Source: an uncultured Treponema sp.
GTDB taxonomy: Bacteria > Spirochaetota > Spirochaetia > Treponematales > Treponemataceae
Direction: 5' to 3'
Assembly (NCBI GenBank): GCA_964410365.1
Contig: CAYPGB010000011.1
Span: 1,960 to 65,959, forward strand
DNA: 64,000 nucleotides
Under the pieces are notes generated by a model. That model searched no databases and had not been told where the DNA came from. It saw nothing but the letters and a program-made list of their open reading frames with translations. Numbering within the stretch: the first letter of the stretch is position 1; every line of letters starts with the position of its first letter. A program made the translations under genes and the position numbers. Shown here in pieces: positions 8,923-18,125 of the stretch.

Positions 8923-10266
8923 ATGAAAAAAACAATGTTTTTTAACAAAAATGATGTAGCTCCAGTTCCTCCAATGGGATGGAATAGTTACGATTATTAC
9001 AACACTTTAGTAAATGAAGAACAAATTCGTGCAAATGCGGATTTTATGGCAAAAAATCTAAAAAAATATGGTTGGGAATATATCATTATAGATATTCAAT
9101 GGTCAGATTGTGATGCTGGCAAACAGAATACAAAAGGCGTTCAGTATATTCCTTTTAGCAGATTTTCTATTGATGAATTTTCAAGACAAATTCCTGCGGA
9201 AAATAGATTTCCTTCTAGTAAAAATGGAGAAGGTTTTAAAGTTTTGGCAGATTATATTCATTCTCTAGGTTTGAAATTTGGTATTCATATTATGAGAGGA
9301 ATTCCTCGTTTTGCAGTTCACGAACATCTTCCAATAAAAACTCACGACGGAACAAAAATTACGGCTGATATGATTGCAAATCCATACTCCATAAGTCGAT
9401 GGAATCCTGATATGTATGGAGTTGATTTTTCAAAACCTTATGCACAAGATTATTATGATTCTTGTTTTGAATTGTATGCAAAATGGGGCGTTGATTATGT
9501 AAAAGTTGATGATATTTGCAATACAAATATGTATCCTTCAAATCCTTATTCTGCGGAAAAAGAAATTGAAATGATTGCAAAAGCAATAGAAAATTCTGGA
9601 CGAGCAATGGTTCTTTCTCTTTCTCCGGGGCCTGCTGTAATAGAAAAAGCTCATCACTTAAAAAAATATGCAAATATGTGGCGAATTACAGATGATTTTT
9701 GGGATGATTGGAAACTTTTAAAAGCAATGTTTGAACGTTGTGAAGTTTGGCAAACTCATGTTGGTGGCGGAAATTGGCCAGATTGCGATATGCTTCCTTT
9801 AAATGTTTTAGGCTATGGTTGGGGCGATGTTACAAATCCTGAAAATAAAGGATGGAAAAGTAAATTTACGCAAGATGAAGCTCGCACAATGATAACTTTA
9901 TGGAGTATTTTCCGTTCGCCACTTATGATTGGAACAGATTTGCCTCAGTTAGATGATTTTAGCTTAAGTCTTTTGACAAATGAAGAAATTATTGCAATGA
10001 ATAAAAATCCAAATCAAGCATATCAAGTTTCTCCGTCTTGTAATTCTGATATTGTAACTTGGGCAAATGAATGTGATGATGGAAAATCTTACTACGAATG
10101 TTATTTTAATCTTAGCGAAAAAGAACAAATTGTAAAAATAAATCTTACTGCCGGAAAAAATGATAACATCCGAGATTTGTGGAATCATAAAGATTTTGGT
10201 AAACAAGCAGATTTTAAAATTCCACCACATGCTTGTGTTGCTTTAAAAATAGAAATAGATTTGTAG
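8923..10266 (+). CDS. alpha-galactosidase, glycoside hydrolase family 27-like
   Basis: PPMGWNSYDYY, WEYIIIDIQW, GLKFGIHIMRG and DYVKVDD are GH27 melibiase-type motifs. No signal peptide. Confidence 0.8.
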   Translation: MKKTMFFNKNDVAPVPPMGWNSYDYYNTLVNEEQIRANADFMAKNLKKYGWEYIIIDIQWSDCDAGKQNTKGVQYIPFSRFSIDEFSRQIPAENRFPSSKNGEGFKVLADYIHSLGLKFGIHIMRGIPRFAVHEHLPIKTHDGTKITADMIANPYSISRWNPDMYGVDFSKPYAQDYYDSCFELYAKWGVDYVKVDDICNTNMYPSNPYSAEKEIEMIAKAIENSGRAMVLSLSPGPAVIEKAHHLKKYANMWRITDDFWDDWKLLKAMFERCEVWQTHVGGGNWPDCDMLPLNVLGYGWGDVTNPENKGWKSKFTQDEARTMITLWSIFRSPLMIGTDLPQLDDFSLSLLTNEEIIAMNKNPNQAYQVSPSCNSDIVTWANECDDGKSYYECYFNLSEKEQIVKINLTAGKNDNIRDLWNHKDFGKQADFKIPPHACVALKIEIDL

Positions 10267-10373
10267 GATAATTTTTTCTTTTATAAAATTTATCTTTTCA
10301 AAAATTATGTTTATCAATATTATAAAAGCGATTTTTTTTGTGAATTTTTATTTTTTCAAAAATAGGAAGAAAA

Positions 10374-11540
10374 ATGTTTTATACAGAAAGTGAAGTTTTA
10401 GATTTTGTAAAAGAAGAAGATGTAAAATTTGTTCGGCTTATCTTTTTTGACTCAACTGGAAAACAAAAAAATATTTCTATTATGGCAGAGCAACTTGAAC
10501 GAGCTTTTTCTGATGGTATTAGTTTTGATGCGTCTGCAATCACTGGTTTTGAAGAGCCTAACAAATCAGATTTATTTCTTCACCCAGATTCTTCAACTCT
10601 TTCTATTTTGCCTTGGCGACCAAATACTGGAAAAGTTGTAAGAATGTTTTGCAATATAAAACATCCAGATGGAACTCCTTACAAAAAAGATTATCGGAAT
10701 ATGTTAAAACAAGCGATTTTAAAAGCAAAAAATGATTTTAATTTGGAGCTTGCATTTGGTTCTGAAATGGAATTTTATCTTTTCAAACTTGATGAAAATG
10801 GTGAACCAACTAAAAATCCTTTTGATAATGGTGGATATATGTGCATCGCACCGGAAGATAAAGGTGAAAATATAAGACGAAATATTTGTTTTACGCTTGA
10901 ACAAATGGGAATTATTCCAGAATCTAGCCATCACGAAGAAGGTCCGGGGCAAAATGAAATAGATTTTAAATATTCAGATGCACTTTCTGCCGCCGACAAT
11001 ACTGAAACTTTTAAATGGATTGTAAGAACTCGTGCCGCTGAAAATGGACTCTATGCTGATTTTTCTCCAAAGCCTCTAAAAAATCAAGCTGGAAGCGGAA
11101 TGCATATTAATATTTCTTGTTCAGATTCAAAAAAAATGCCTTATATTCTTGGCGGAATCCTAAAACATGCGGAAGAATTAACTTATTTTTTTAATCCAAT
11201 AGAAAATTCTTATGAAAGACTTGGAGAACATAAAGCTCCAAAATATATTTCTTGGGGATATGAAAATCGTTCTACGTTTATAAGAATTCCTGCTACAAAA
11301 AACGAAAAACGCTTAGAAATTCGTTCTAGCGACCCAGAATGTAATCCTTATTTGGTGTTTACATTGTTAATTTACGCTGCTCTTGATGGTATAAAAAATA
11401 AGATTGAACCGTCGGAACCAACTTCAGAAAATCTTTTTGTTTCTGGAATGGAAAAATCTTTAAAATCACTTCCACAAACATTAGATGAAGCAAAAAAAAT
11501 AGCAGATGAAAGTCCATTTATACAAGGGATTTTAAAATAA
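10374..11540 (+). CDS. glnA: glutamine synthetase, type I-alpha-like, C-terminally short (388 aa)
   Basis: Collinear with Bacillus-type GlnA: VKFVRLIFFD beta-grasp, EMEFYLF, HHEEGPGQNEIDF, GSGMHINIS, NSYERL, RLEIRSSDP. It ends about 35 aa earlier than the B. subtilis enzyme as I remember it. Confidence 0.85.
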   Translation: MFYTESEVLDFVKEEDVKFVRLIFFDSTGKQKNISIMAEQLERAFSDGISFDASAITGFEEPNKSDLFLHPDSSTLSILPWRPNTGKVVRMFCNIKHPDGTPYKKDYRNMLKQAILKAKNDFNLELAFGSEMEFYLFKLDENGEPTKNPFDNGGYMCIAPEDKGENIRRNICFTLEQMGIIPESSHHEEGPGQNEIDFKYSDALSAADNTETFKWIVRTRAAENGLYADFSPKPLKNQAGSGMHINISCSDSKKMPYILGGILKHAEELTYFFNPIENSYERLGEHKAPKYISWGYENRSTFIRIPATKNEKRLEIRSSDPECNPYLVFTLLIYAALDGIKNKIEPSEPTSENLFVSGMEKSLKSLPQTLDEAKKIADESPFIQGILK

Positions 11541-11541
11541 A

Positions 11542-12117
11542 ATGCAAATGGACATTCACAGTGTTTTAGTTGTAACAAAAAATATAAAAACTTCAACTCT
11601 TGTAAAAAGTATGCTGATTCAGCCTGTTTTTGATACTAAAATTGTTTCAGATTTTAACGAGGCCAGGCGACTTTGTTCAGAACGAATTTTTAATATCATC
11701 ATTGTGGATTTTTGTGATGGAGAAGGAACTGATTTTTCTATAGATATTTCATCTTCAACAAGTACAATTTTACTTTTGGTTCCAACAAATCTTTTTGAGC
11801 AAATTAGTTATAAAGTTGAATCTTTTGGAATTTTAACTTTAACAACACCTTTTGAGCAGTTTTATTTTTACAATATGATAAAAATTGCAATCGCAGTTCA
11901 ATATAAAGTTCAAGTTCTTACAAGTCAAACTATTAAACTTAAAGAAAAAATGGAAGATATTCGACTTGTGAACAGAGCAAAAATGCTTTTAATGCAAAAT
12001 TTAAAAATGACAGAAGATGAAGCACATCATTATCTTGAAAAAGAAGCAATGAATAATGGAAAAAAAAGAACAGAAATTGCAATAAACATTATAAATAGTT
12101 TTACTTTTGAAAATTAA
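11542..12117 (+). CDS. ANTAR-domain RNA-binding regulator with degenerate receiver domain
   Basis: C-terminal ANTAR helix pattern RAKMLLMQNLKMTEDEAHHYLEKEAMNNGKKRTEIA. The N-terminal CheY-like fold lacks the acidic pair and the conserved Lys. The start is 1 nt after the glnA stop. Confidence 0.8.
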   Translation: MQMDIHSVLVVTKNIKTSTLVKSMLIQPVFDTKIVSDFNEARRLCSERIFNIIIVDFCDGEGTDFSIDISSSTSTILLLVPTNLFEQISYKVESFGILTLTTPFEQFYFYNMIKIAIAVQYKVQVLTSQTIKLKEKMEDIRLVNRAKMLLMQNLKMTEDEAHHYLEKEAMNNGKKRTEIAINIINSFTFEN

Positions 12118-12180
12118 TATTTTTTTGTGAGATTGATAAAACTTATAAGTTGTGGCTTTTGAAAATATGTGTGAATAAAT

Positions 12181-12228
12181 GATTGTCGGATCAACCTGTC
12201 TGCCGACAGGCAAGAGTCCGACAATGAC
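12181..12228 (+). repeat. 3'-end stem-loop family copy with expanded loop: GATTGTCGGA-[26 nt]-TCCGACAATGAC
   Basis: 9-bp stem ATTGTCGGA/TCCGACAAT. The loop contains its own hairpin CCTGTC-tgcc-GACAGG. 64 nt after the ANTAR gene stop. Confidence 0.75.
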
Positions 12229-12522
12229 ATACGGTTTTTGTTACGTTTGACAATGATAAAAGATTTTTTTGTACGTTTTATAATGACATATTTTAATAAG
12301 ATGATGATATTTTTTTAGATTCAACAATGAATTAGATTATTCCAACACAATCATTTTTAGTTTAAAACAAAAAAACCGCAGATTATCATTTTGGATACAC
12401 CAATCTTGAAAAATCCACGGCTTCTTTGTCGCTTACATTTATACTTTAACGGTTTTATCGTTTGTGGTCAATTAAATGAAAATATAGAAGTTCATAAAAA
12501 CTTGTGATAAAATATTTTTATA

Positions 12523-13368
12523 ATGAAGAAAAAAATCATATTAACAATTTTGTTATCGATTTTTGCATTAAATTTATTTGCTCACGGAGAAATTGGCGTT
12601 CAGCCTGGAAAAAGAAATCCACCGCCTCCTCCGCCACCACCTCAGCATCATCATGAATATGAAGAAAATAATAGTGTTCTTTCTGAAATGTTTGCGCTTC
12701 TTTGGCTTGCAAATAATATTTTTCTAACTTTTGACGATTATCCTTATGCAGATGGAAAATATCTAAATTTTTTTTCAAAAGAAACCATAAATTCTATGAA
12801 TGATTCTGTAGCAGTTGATGAAAATTTATCAGAGCCTGAACCTAAAGAACAATTTTATCGATTTGTTTTAGAAACAGGAATTATTGCTTTTCCTTCAAAA
12901 TTAATTATTGGAAATGAAACAAGATTTGAAGGTTATATTTGGAAATTTTTTGGACCAGTTTTTGAAAATATTCTTTATGCGAATAATCTTTTCTCCGATT
13001 ATCAAAATTTTTATTTGCGAGGAAATTTAAAACTTGGTGGACAACTTTCTATCATGCATGCAAATTATTGTGATGTGTCTTTTTTTGTGCAATGGTTGCA
13101 TTGGTATGGACAAGAAAGATTTAATGGCGTCGGTTGTGGAATAATTATTCGCTCTTATCCGGCAAAGCCAATTCTTTTTGAATATCGTCTTAGTTTTCAA
13201 GATTTTTTTAAAAATCCAGAAAATTTCTTTTTTGAAGCACATATTGAACTTGGTATAGAATTAAATTCTCCTTATGAAATTTATGCTGCCTGGAAACTTA
13301 CTCAAGATAATCTTTTTATTCAAGGAAGAATGTATGGATTTTCTTTGGGTGTAAAATATAATTTTTAA
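12523..13368 (+). CDS. putative secreted/outer-membrane beta-barrel protein
   Basis: Signal peptide MKKKIILTILLSIFALNLFAHG. Pro8-QHHH tract. Aromatic-rich alternating pattern and a C-terminal ...GVKYNF ending in Phe. Confidence 0.5.
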   Translation: MKKKIILTILLSIFALNLFAHGEIGVQPGKRNPPPPPPPPQHHHEYEENNSVLSEMFALLWLANNIFLTFDDYPYADGKYLNFFSKETINSMNDSVAVDENLSEPEPKEQFYRFVLETGIIAFPSKLIIGNETRFEGYIWKFFGPVFENILYANNLFSDYQNFYLRGNLKLGGQLSIMHANYCDVSFFVQWLHWYGQERFNGVGCGIIIRSYPAKPILFEYRLSFQDFFKNPENFFFEAHIELGIELNSPYEIYAAWKLTQDNLFIQGRMYGFSLGVKYNF

Positions 13369-13387
13369 AAGTAAAAATTTAATTCAA

Positions 13388-14056
13388 TCAACTTTCTGAT
13401 TTTGGAATTGGAATTTTTTCTTTATTTTGTTTTGAAAAAATGCATCCACAAAATTCTTGGCGATACATTCCATATTCGGTACTAATTTCCAAACTTCTTT
13501 TAAAACCATTATTTTTTTTGAAATCTGAAGGAAGCCATTTTGTAGAGTTTGGGGTCTGTCCCCTTTCTAATTCATTTCCAATTTTATTAATTTTTATTGA
13601 ATCTTTAAAAGGACTGATTGAAAGCGTTGTGCAAAAATAGTCGAAATTATTTTTTTTTGCAAAATTATATGCTTTTTCTAAGCGGATTTTATAACATCTT
13701 CTACAACGTTCGCCTTTTTCTGCTTCATTTGCTAAATCTGGATTTTTTTCAATTTCAATTCCGTCATAAAATTCTTGCGGATTATAATCACATTCTACAA
13801 GTTTAACTTTTCCTTCTAAAACCGGTGGAAATTTTTCATAAAGTGATTTTAATTCATTCAAGCGACGAAAATATTCTTCTGGTGGAAAAATATTTGGATT
13901 ATAATAAAAAACTGTAATTTGAAAATATTTATAAAGATATTCTAAACAAGCAGAAGAACAAGGTCCACAACAAGCGTGTAAAAGTAAATTTGGACGTTTT
14001 CCATCAAGCGATTTTATAAGTTCATCTAACTTTTTTTGATAATTTATTTTTTCCAT
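13388..14056 (-). CDS. queH: epoxyqueuosine reductase QueH (DUF208)
   Basis: LLHACCGPCSS, CRRCY and FCGC cysteine motifs typical of DUF208/QueH. Confidence 0.8.
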   Translation of the reverse strand: MEKINYQKKLDELIKSLDGKRPNLLLHACCGPCSSACLEYLYKYFQITVFYYNPNIFPPEEYFRRLNELKSLYEKFPPVLEGKVKLVECDYNPQEFYDGIEIEKNPDLANEAEKGERCRRCYKIRLEKAYNFAKKNNFDYFCTTLSISPFKDSIKINKIGNELERGQTPNSTKWLPSDFKKNNGFKRSLEISTEYGMYRQEFCGCIFSKQNKEKIPIPKSES

Positions 14057-14059
14057 AAA

Positions 14060-14470
14060 TTATTCCTTCAAAGTTTTTGCAACGGCTCCATCAATACAAC
14101 TTAAAAAAACTAAATATTCAAGCATTTCATTTTTTTGTGATGGAGTTTTTATTTCTTCTCCAGATAAAATTTTTTCAATAAATTTCGGAATATTTTTTCC
14201 TTTTGAACCATTTGTTTCAAGAATTTCTATATTTTTATAATGATGATTTTCAATTTCTACTTGTAAAGATAAATTTAAAAATGAAGTTTCTGTTTTGTTT
14301 TGATAAATTCCATCATCAATGTTTTCTAAAGAAGTTGCATAATATGGTAAAGATTTTACTTCATCTAATTGTTTTCTAAATTGTTTTTGTCTGTATGAAA
14401 TAAAAAGTAACATAAAACAGACTACAATCAAAATGCCAATTGTTATTTTTGAATCCGATTTTAATTTCAT
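14060..14470 (-). CDS. hypothetical membrane-anchored protein
   Basis: Single N-terminal TM helix (ITIGILIVVCFMLLFI). 3 nt upstream of queH, so probably co-transcribed. No family recognised. Confidence 0.45.
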   Translation of the reverse strand: MKLKSDSKITIGILIVVCFMLLFISYRQKQFRKQLDEVKSLPYYATSLENIDDGIYQNKTETSFLNLSLQVEIENHHYKNIEILETNGSKGKNIPKFIEKILSGEEIKTPSQKNEMLEYLVFLSCIDGAVAKTLKE

Positions 14471-14716
14471 AAATTGATTGTAAACGAAAATCTAATTTTA
14501 ATAAACTAACGAGTATTAACGAAGTTTTTCGTGATGGAGTTCTGAAATGCTAGAAATAAAAAAATCTTCAAATTTTGAAAAAAAATTAAAATAAAAACTA
14601 GTATAGAAAATCAAAATTCTATATAATCTTTGCAATATGATTGAAGAATGTTATATGAAAAAATTATTTCTCGTAATTACAAAATCTTTCTATCATATTT
14701 TTTTAAATTGCATTTT

Positions 14717-14753
14717 AGACTGATTGCTTTTTTTGGTAATCAGTCTTTTTTTT
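14717..14753 (+). terminator. intrinsic terminator inside the carB leader; candidate attenuator
   Basis: AGACTGATT (14717-14725) pairs with AATCAGTCT (14738-14746), followed by a T-run to 14753. It lies 30 nt before the carB ATG. No plus-strand gene lies upstream that it could terminate. Confidence 0.65.
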
Positions 14754-14783
14754 AATTAATAAAACTTGTAAAAGGAGCACAAA

Positions 14784-17700
14784 ATGAAAAGGGAAGACAT
14801 CAGTAAAGTAATGATTATTGGTTCTGGTCCAATTGTAATTGGTCAAGCTTGCGAATTTGATTATTCGGGAACTCAAGCATGTAAGGCTTTACGAGAACAA
14901 GGTTATAAAATTGTTTTGGTAAATTCAAATCCAGCAACAATCATGACTGATCCTGTTATGGCAGATTCAACTTACATTGAACCTTTAAATGTAAAAAGTT
15001 TAAGTAAAATTATTGAAAAAGAACGCCCAGATGCTCTTCTTCCAAATCTTGGTGGACAAACTGGCTTGAATATGGCAATGGAATTAAATAAAGCCGGTGT
15101 TTTAGATAAATATGGTGTAAAAGTTATTGGTGTAAATCTTGATGCAATTGAACGCGGAGAAGACAGAGAAATCTTCAAAGAAACAATGCAAAAACTTGGA
15201 ATAGAAACTCCTCGTTCTGGAATTTGCCATTCAATCGAAAGTGCTGAAAAAATTGCAGAAGAAATTGGATTTCCACTTGTTGTTCGTCCAGCATATACAA
15301 TGGGCGGTCAAGGTGGCGGATTTTGCTACAATGTTGAAGAATTACGAACAATCGTAGCAAATGGTTTGGATTTATCTTTAACTCATCAATGTTTAATAGA
15401 AGAATCTATTCTTGGTTGGGAAGAACTTGAAGTAGAAGTTGTTCGCGACTCAAAAAATCAGATGATTGCAATTTGTTTTATTGAAAATATTGATGCAGTT
15501 GGAGTTCATACTGGAGATTCATTCTGTTCTGCACCTTTCTTAACAATAGACCCTGAACTTGAAAAAAGATTAAAAGAAATGGCTTTTAAAATTGTAGAAT
15601 CGATTGGCGTAATTGGTGGAACAAATGTTCAGTTTGCTCATAATCCAAAAACAGGACGTGTTGTCATCATCGAAATAAATCCTCGAACATCACGTTCATC
15701 TGCTTTAGCTTCTAAGGCAACAGGTTTCCCAATCGCTTTGATTTCTGCAAAACTCGCGGCTGGACTTACACTTGATGAAATTCCTTACTGGCGCGATGGA
15801 ACTTTGGAAAAATACACTCCAGGCGGAGCTCCAGATGGAGATTATATTGTTTTAAAATATGCTCGCTTTGCGTTTGAAAAATTCCGCGGAGTAAAAGATG
15901 AACTTGGAACTTCTATGAAAGCAGTTGGCGAAGTTATGTCGATTGGAAAAACTTTTAAAGAAACTTTCCAAAAAGCAATTCGCGGACTTGAAAATGGAAG
16001 AAGTGGTCTTGGTTTTGCAAAGGATTTTAATAAAAAATCGGCAGATGAACTTTGCGAAATGCTAAAAACTGCATCTTCAGAACGATATTTCCAACTTTAT
16101 GAAGCAATTAGAAAAGGCGTTCCTCTTGAAAAACTTCACGAAATCACTTTTGTAAAAATGTATTTCCTTGAACAAATGAAAGAACTCGTTGATGAAGAAG
16201 AAGAACTTTTGAAAAATATGGGTTCTATTCCTTCTGATGAACAACTTCGCAAAGCAAAACAAGACGGATTTTCTGATAAATATCTTTCTAAAATCCTTAA
16301 AGTTTCTGAAAAAGACATTCGCAAACGACGAAACGAACTTGGAATTAAAGAAGCTTGGCTTGCAGTTCCAGTTAGTGGCGTAGAAGATGCAAATTATTAT
16401 TATTCAACTTACAATGCACAAGATAAATCTACCGCAACAGATAATAAAAAGAAAGTTATGATTCTTGGCGGTGGACCAAACAGAATCGGGCAAGGAATTG
16501 AGTTTGATTATTGTTGTTGTCATGCTGCAATGCAATTAAAAGAACTTGGTTATGAAACAATCATCGTAAACTGTAACCCAGAAACAGTTTCTACAGATTA
16601 TGATACATCAGACAAACTTTATTTTGAACCAATTACAACAGAAGATGTTTTACAGATTTACGAAAAAGAAAAACCTCTTGGAGTAATTGTTCAGTTTGGT
16701 GGACAAACTCCTCTAAACATCGCACGTGAACTTCAAGAAAATGGCGTAAATGTTTTGGGAACTTCAATCGACTCAATTGATGCAGCTGAAGATAGAGATA
16801 TTTTCCGTCATATGATGGAAAAACTTGAAATTCCAATGCCAGAAAGTGGAATGGCAATCAATTTTGAAGAAGCAAAAGAAATTGCAGAAAAAATTGGTTA
16901 TCCAATTATGATTCGTCCATCATTTGTTTTGGGCGGTCGCGGAATGGAAGTTATTTATGATGAAAAAACTTTAAAAGAATATGTTGAAAAAGCAGTTGGC
17001 GTTACTCCAGACAGACCTTTACTTATAGACAGATTCTTGAAAAATGCTCTTGAATGTGAAGCGGATGCACTTTGTGATAAATCTCACGTTTATATTCCAG
17101 CCGTTATGGAACATATCGAACTTGCAGGAATTCACTCAGGAGATTCTGCTTGTGTAATTCCACCAGTTTCAATTCCAAAAGATAATCTTGCAACAATTAA
17201 AGAATACACAAAAAAAATTGCAGAATCACTTCATGTTTGCGGACTTATGAATATGCAATATGCAATCGAAAATGGAAAAGTTTATGTAATTGAAGCAAAT
17301 CCTCGTGCAAGTAGAACTGTTCCTCTTGTTTCAAAAGTTTGCGATACACAAATGGCTCGTCTTGCAACTCGTTTAATGCTTGGAGAATCACTTTCTTCGC
17401 TTGGTTTAAAAGAAAAATCAATTCCATATTATGGTGCAAAAGAAGCAGTTTTCCCTTGGAATAGATTCCCTGGAGTAGACCCAATTTTAGGACCAGAAAT
17501 GCGTTCTACTGGAGAAGTTTTAGGACTTTCAGAAACATTCCCAGTTGCATTCTACAAAGCAGAAGAAGCAGCAAGTTCAGAACTTCCAACTTCACCAGAA
17601 GCTTGGGAAAATAAAAAAGTTTTAATTTCTTTAAGTGATAAGGAAAATCAAAAAGAACAAGTTTTAGAAATTGGAAGAACTTTACAATCGCTCGGATTTA

Positions 17701-18029
17701 CTTTAATCGGAACTCAAGGAACAACAGATTTTTACAATGCAAACGGAATAAAATGTGGATTTGTAAATAAAATTGGTGCTGGTCGCCCTGATGTTGTAGA
17801 TTTGATTATGAATAAAGAAGTTTGTCTTGTAATCAATACACCAAAAGCAAAACGAAATTATGCAGAAGACAGAAAAACAATTCGCAAAGCGTGCTTAAAA
17901 TACAAAGTTTCTTATATTACAACTTTAGCAGGTGCGTTAGCAGCAGTAAAAGGAATTGAATCTGTTCATAAAGCAAAAGGCGAAGGCGATGTAAAATCTC
18001 TTCAAGAATATCATAAAATGATAAAATAA
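14784..18029 (+). CDS. carB: carbamoyl-phosphate synthase large subunit
   Basis: 1081 aa. Duplicated ATP-grasp halves and a C-terminal MGS-like domain. N-terminus MIIGSGPIVIGQACEFDYSGTQAC is canonical. AAGGAG SD. Confidence 0.97.
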   Translation: MKREDISKVMIIGSGPIVIGQACEFDYSGTQACKALREQGYKIVLVNSNPATIMTDPVMADSTYIEPLNVKSLSKIIEKERPDALLPNLGGQTGLNMAMELNKAGVLDKYGVKVIGVNLDAIERGEDREIFKETMQKLGIETPRSGICHSIESAEKIAEEIGFPLVVRPAYTMGGQGGGFCYNVEELRTIVANGLDLSLTHQCLIEESILGWEELEVEVVRDSKNQMIAICFIENIDAVGVHTGDSFCSAPFLTIDPELEKRLKEMAFKIVESIGVIGGTNVQFAHNPKTGRVVIIEINPRTSRSSALASKATGFPIALISAKLAAGLTLDEIPYWRDGTLEKYTPGGAPDGDYIVLKYARFAFEKFRGVKDELGTSMKAVGEVMSIGKTFKETFQKAIRGLENGRSGLGFAKDFNKKSADELCEMLKTASSERYFQLYEAIRKGVPLEKLHEITFVKMYFLEQMKELVDEEEELLKNMGSIPSDEQLRKAKQDGFSDKYLSKILKVSEKDIRKRRNELGIKEAWLAVPVSGVEDANYYYSTYNAQDKSTATDNKKKVMILGGGPNRIGQGIEFDYCCCHAAMQLKELGYETIIVNCNPETVSTDYDTSDKLYFEPITTEDVLQIYEKEKPLGVIVQFGGQTPLNIARELQENGVNVLGTSIDSIDAAEDRDIFRHMMEKLEIPMPESGMAINFEEAKEIAEKIGYPIMIRPSFVLGGRGMEVIYDEKTLKEYVEKAVGVTPDRPLLIDRFLKNALECEADALCDKSHVYIPAVMEHIELAGIHSGDSACVIPPVSIPKDNLATIKEYTKKIAESLHVCGLMNMQYAIENGKVYVIEANPRASRTVPLVSKVCDTQMARLATRLMLGESLSSLGLKEKSIPYYGAKEAVFPWNRFPGVDPILGPEMRSTGEVLGLSETFPVAFYKAEEAASSELPTSPEAWENKKVLISLSDKENQKEQVLEIGRTLQSLGFTLIGTQGTTDFYNANGIKCGFVNKIGAGRPDVVDLIMNKEVCLVINTPKAKRNYAEDRKTIRKACLKYKVSYITTLAGALAAVKGIESVHKAKGEGDVKSLQEYHKMIK

Positions 18030-18060
18030 CGGATTTTCTGTTCAAGAAAAATAATATTAA

Positions 18061-18122
18061 GGTGATTGAGTTTTGAAATCACCAAAAAGCCAATCTGATT
18101 AATTTTGGATTGGCTTTTTTTT
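18061..18122. terminator. two tandem hairpins between convergent carB and res; the second is a bidirectional intrinsic terminator
   Basis: GGTGATT/AATCACC at 18061-18083. AGCCAATC (18088-18095) pairs with GATTGGCT (18108-18115), flanked by an A-run and a T-run. Confidence 0.75.
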
Positions 18123-18125
18123 ATA

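Noticed and set aside
14622-14783. PyrR-binding attenuator or a known riboswitch in the carB leader
   Set aside because: No UCCAGAGAGG-type PyrR loop or recognisable riboswitch core was seen. Only the generic leader-ORF/terminator hypothesis is kept.
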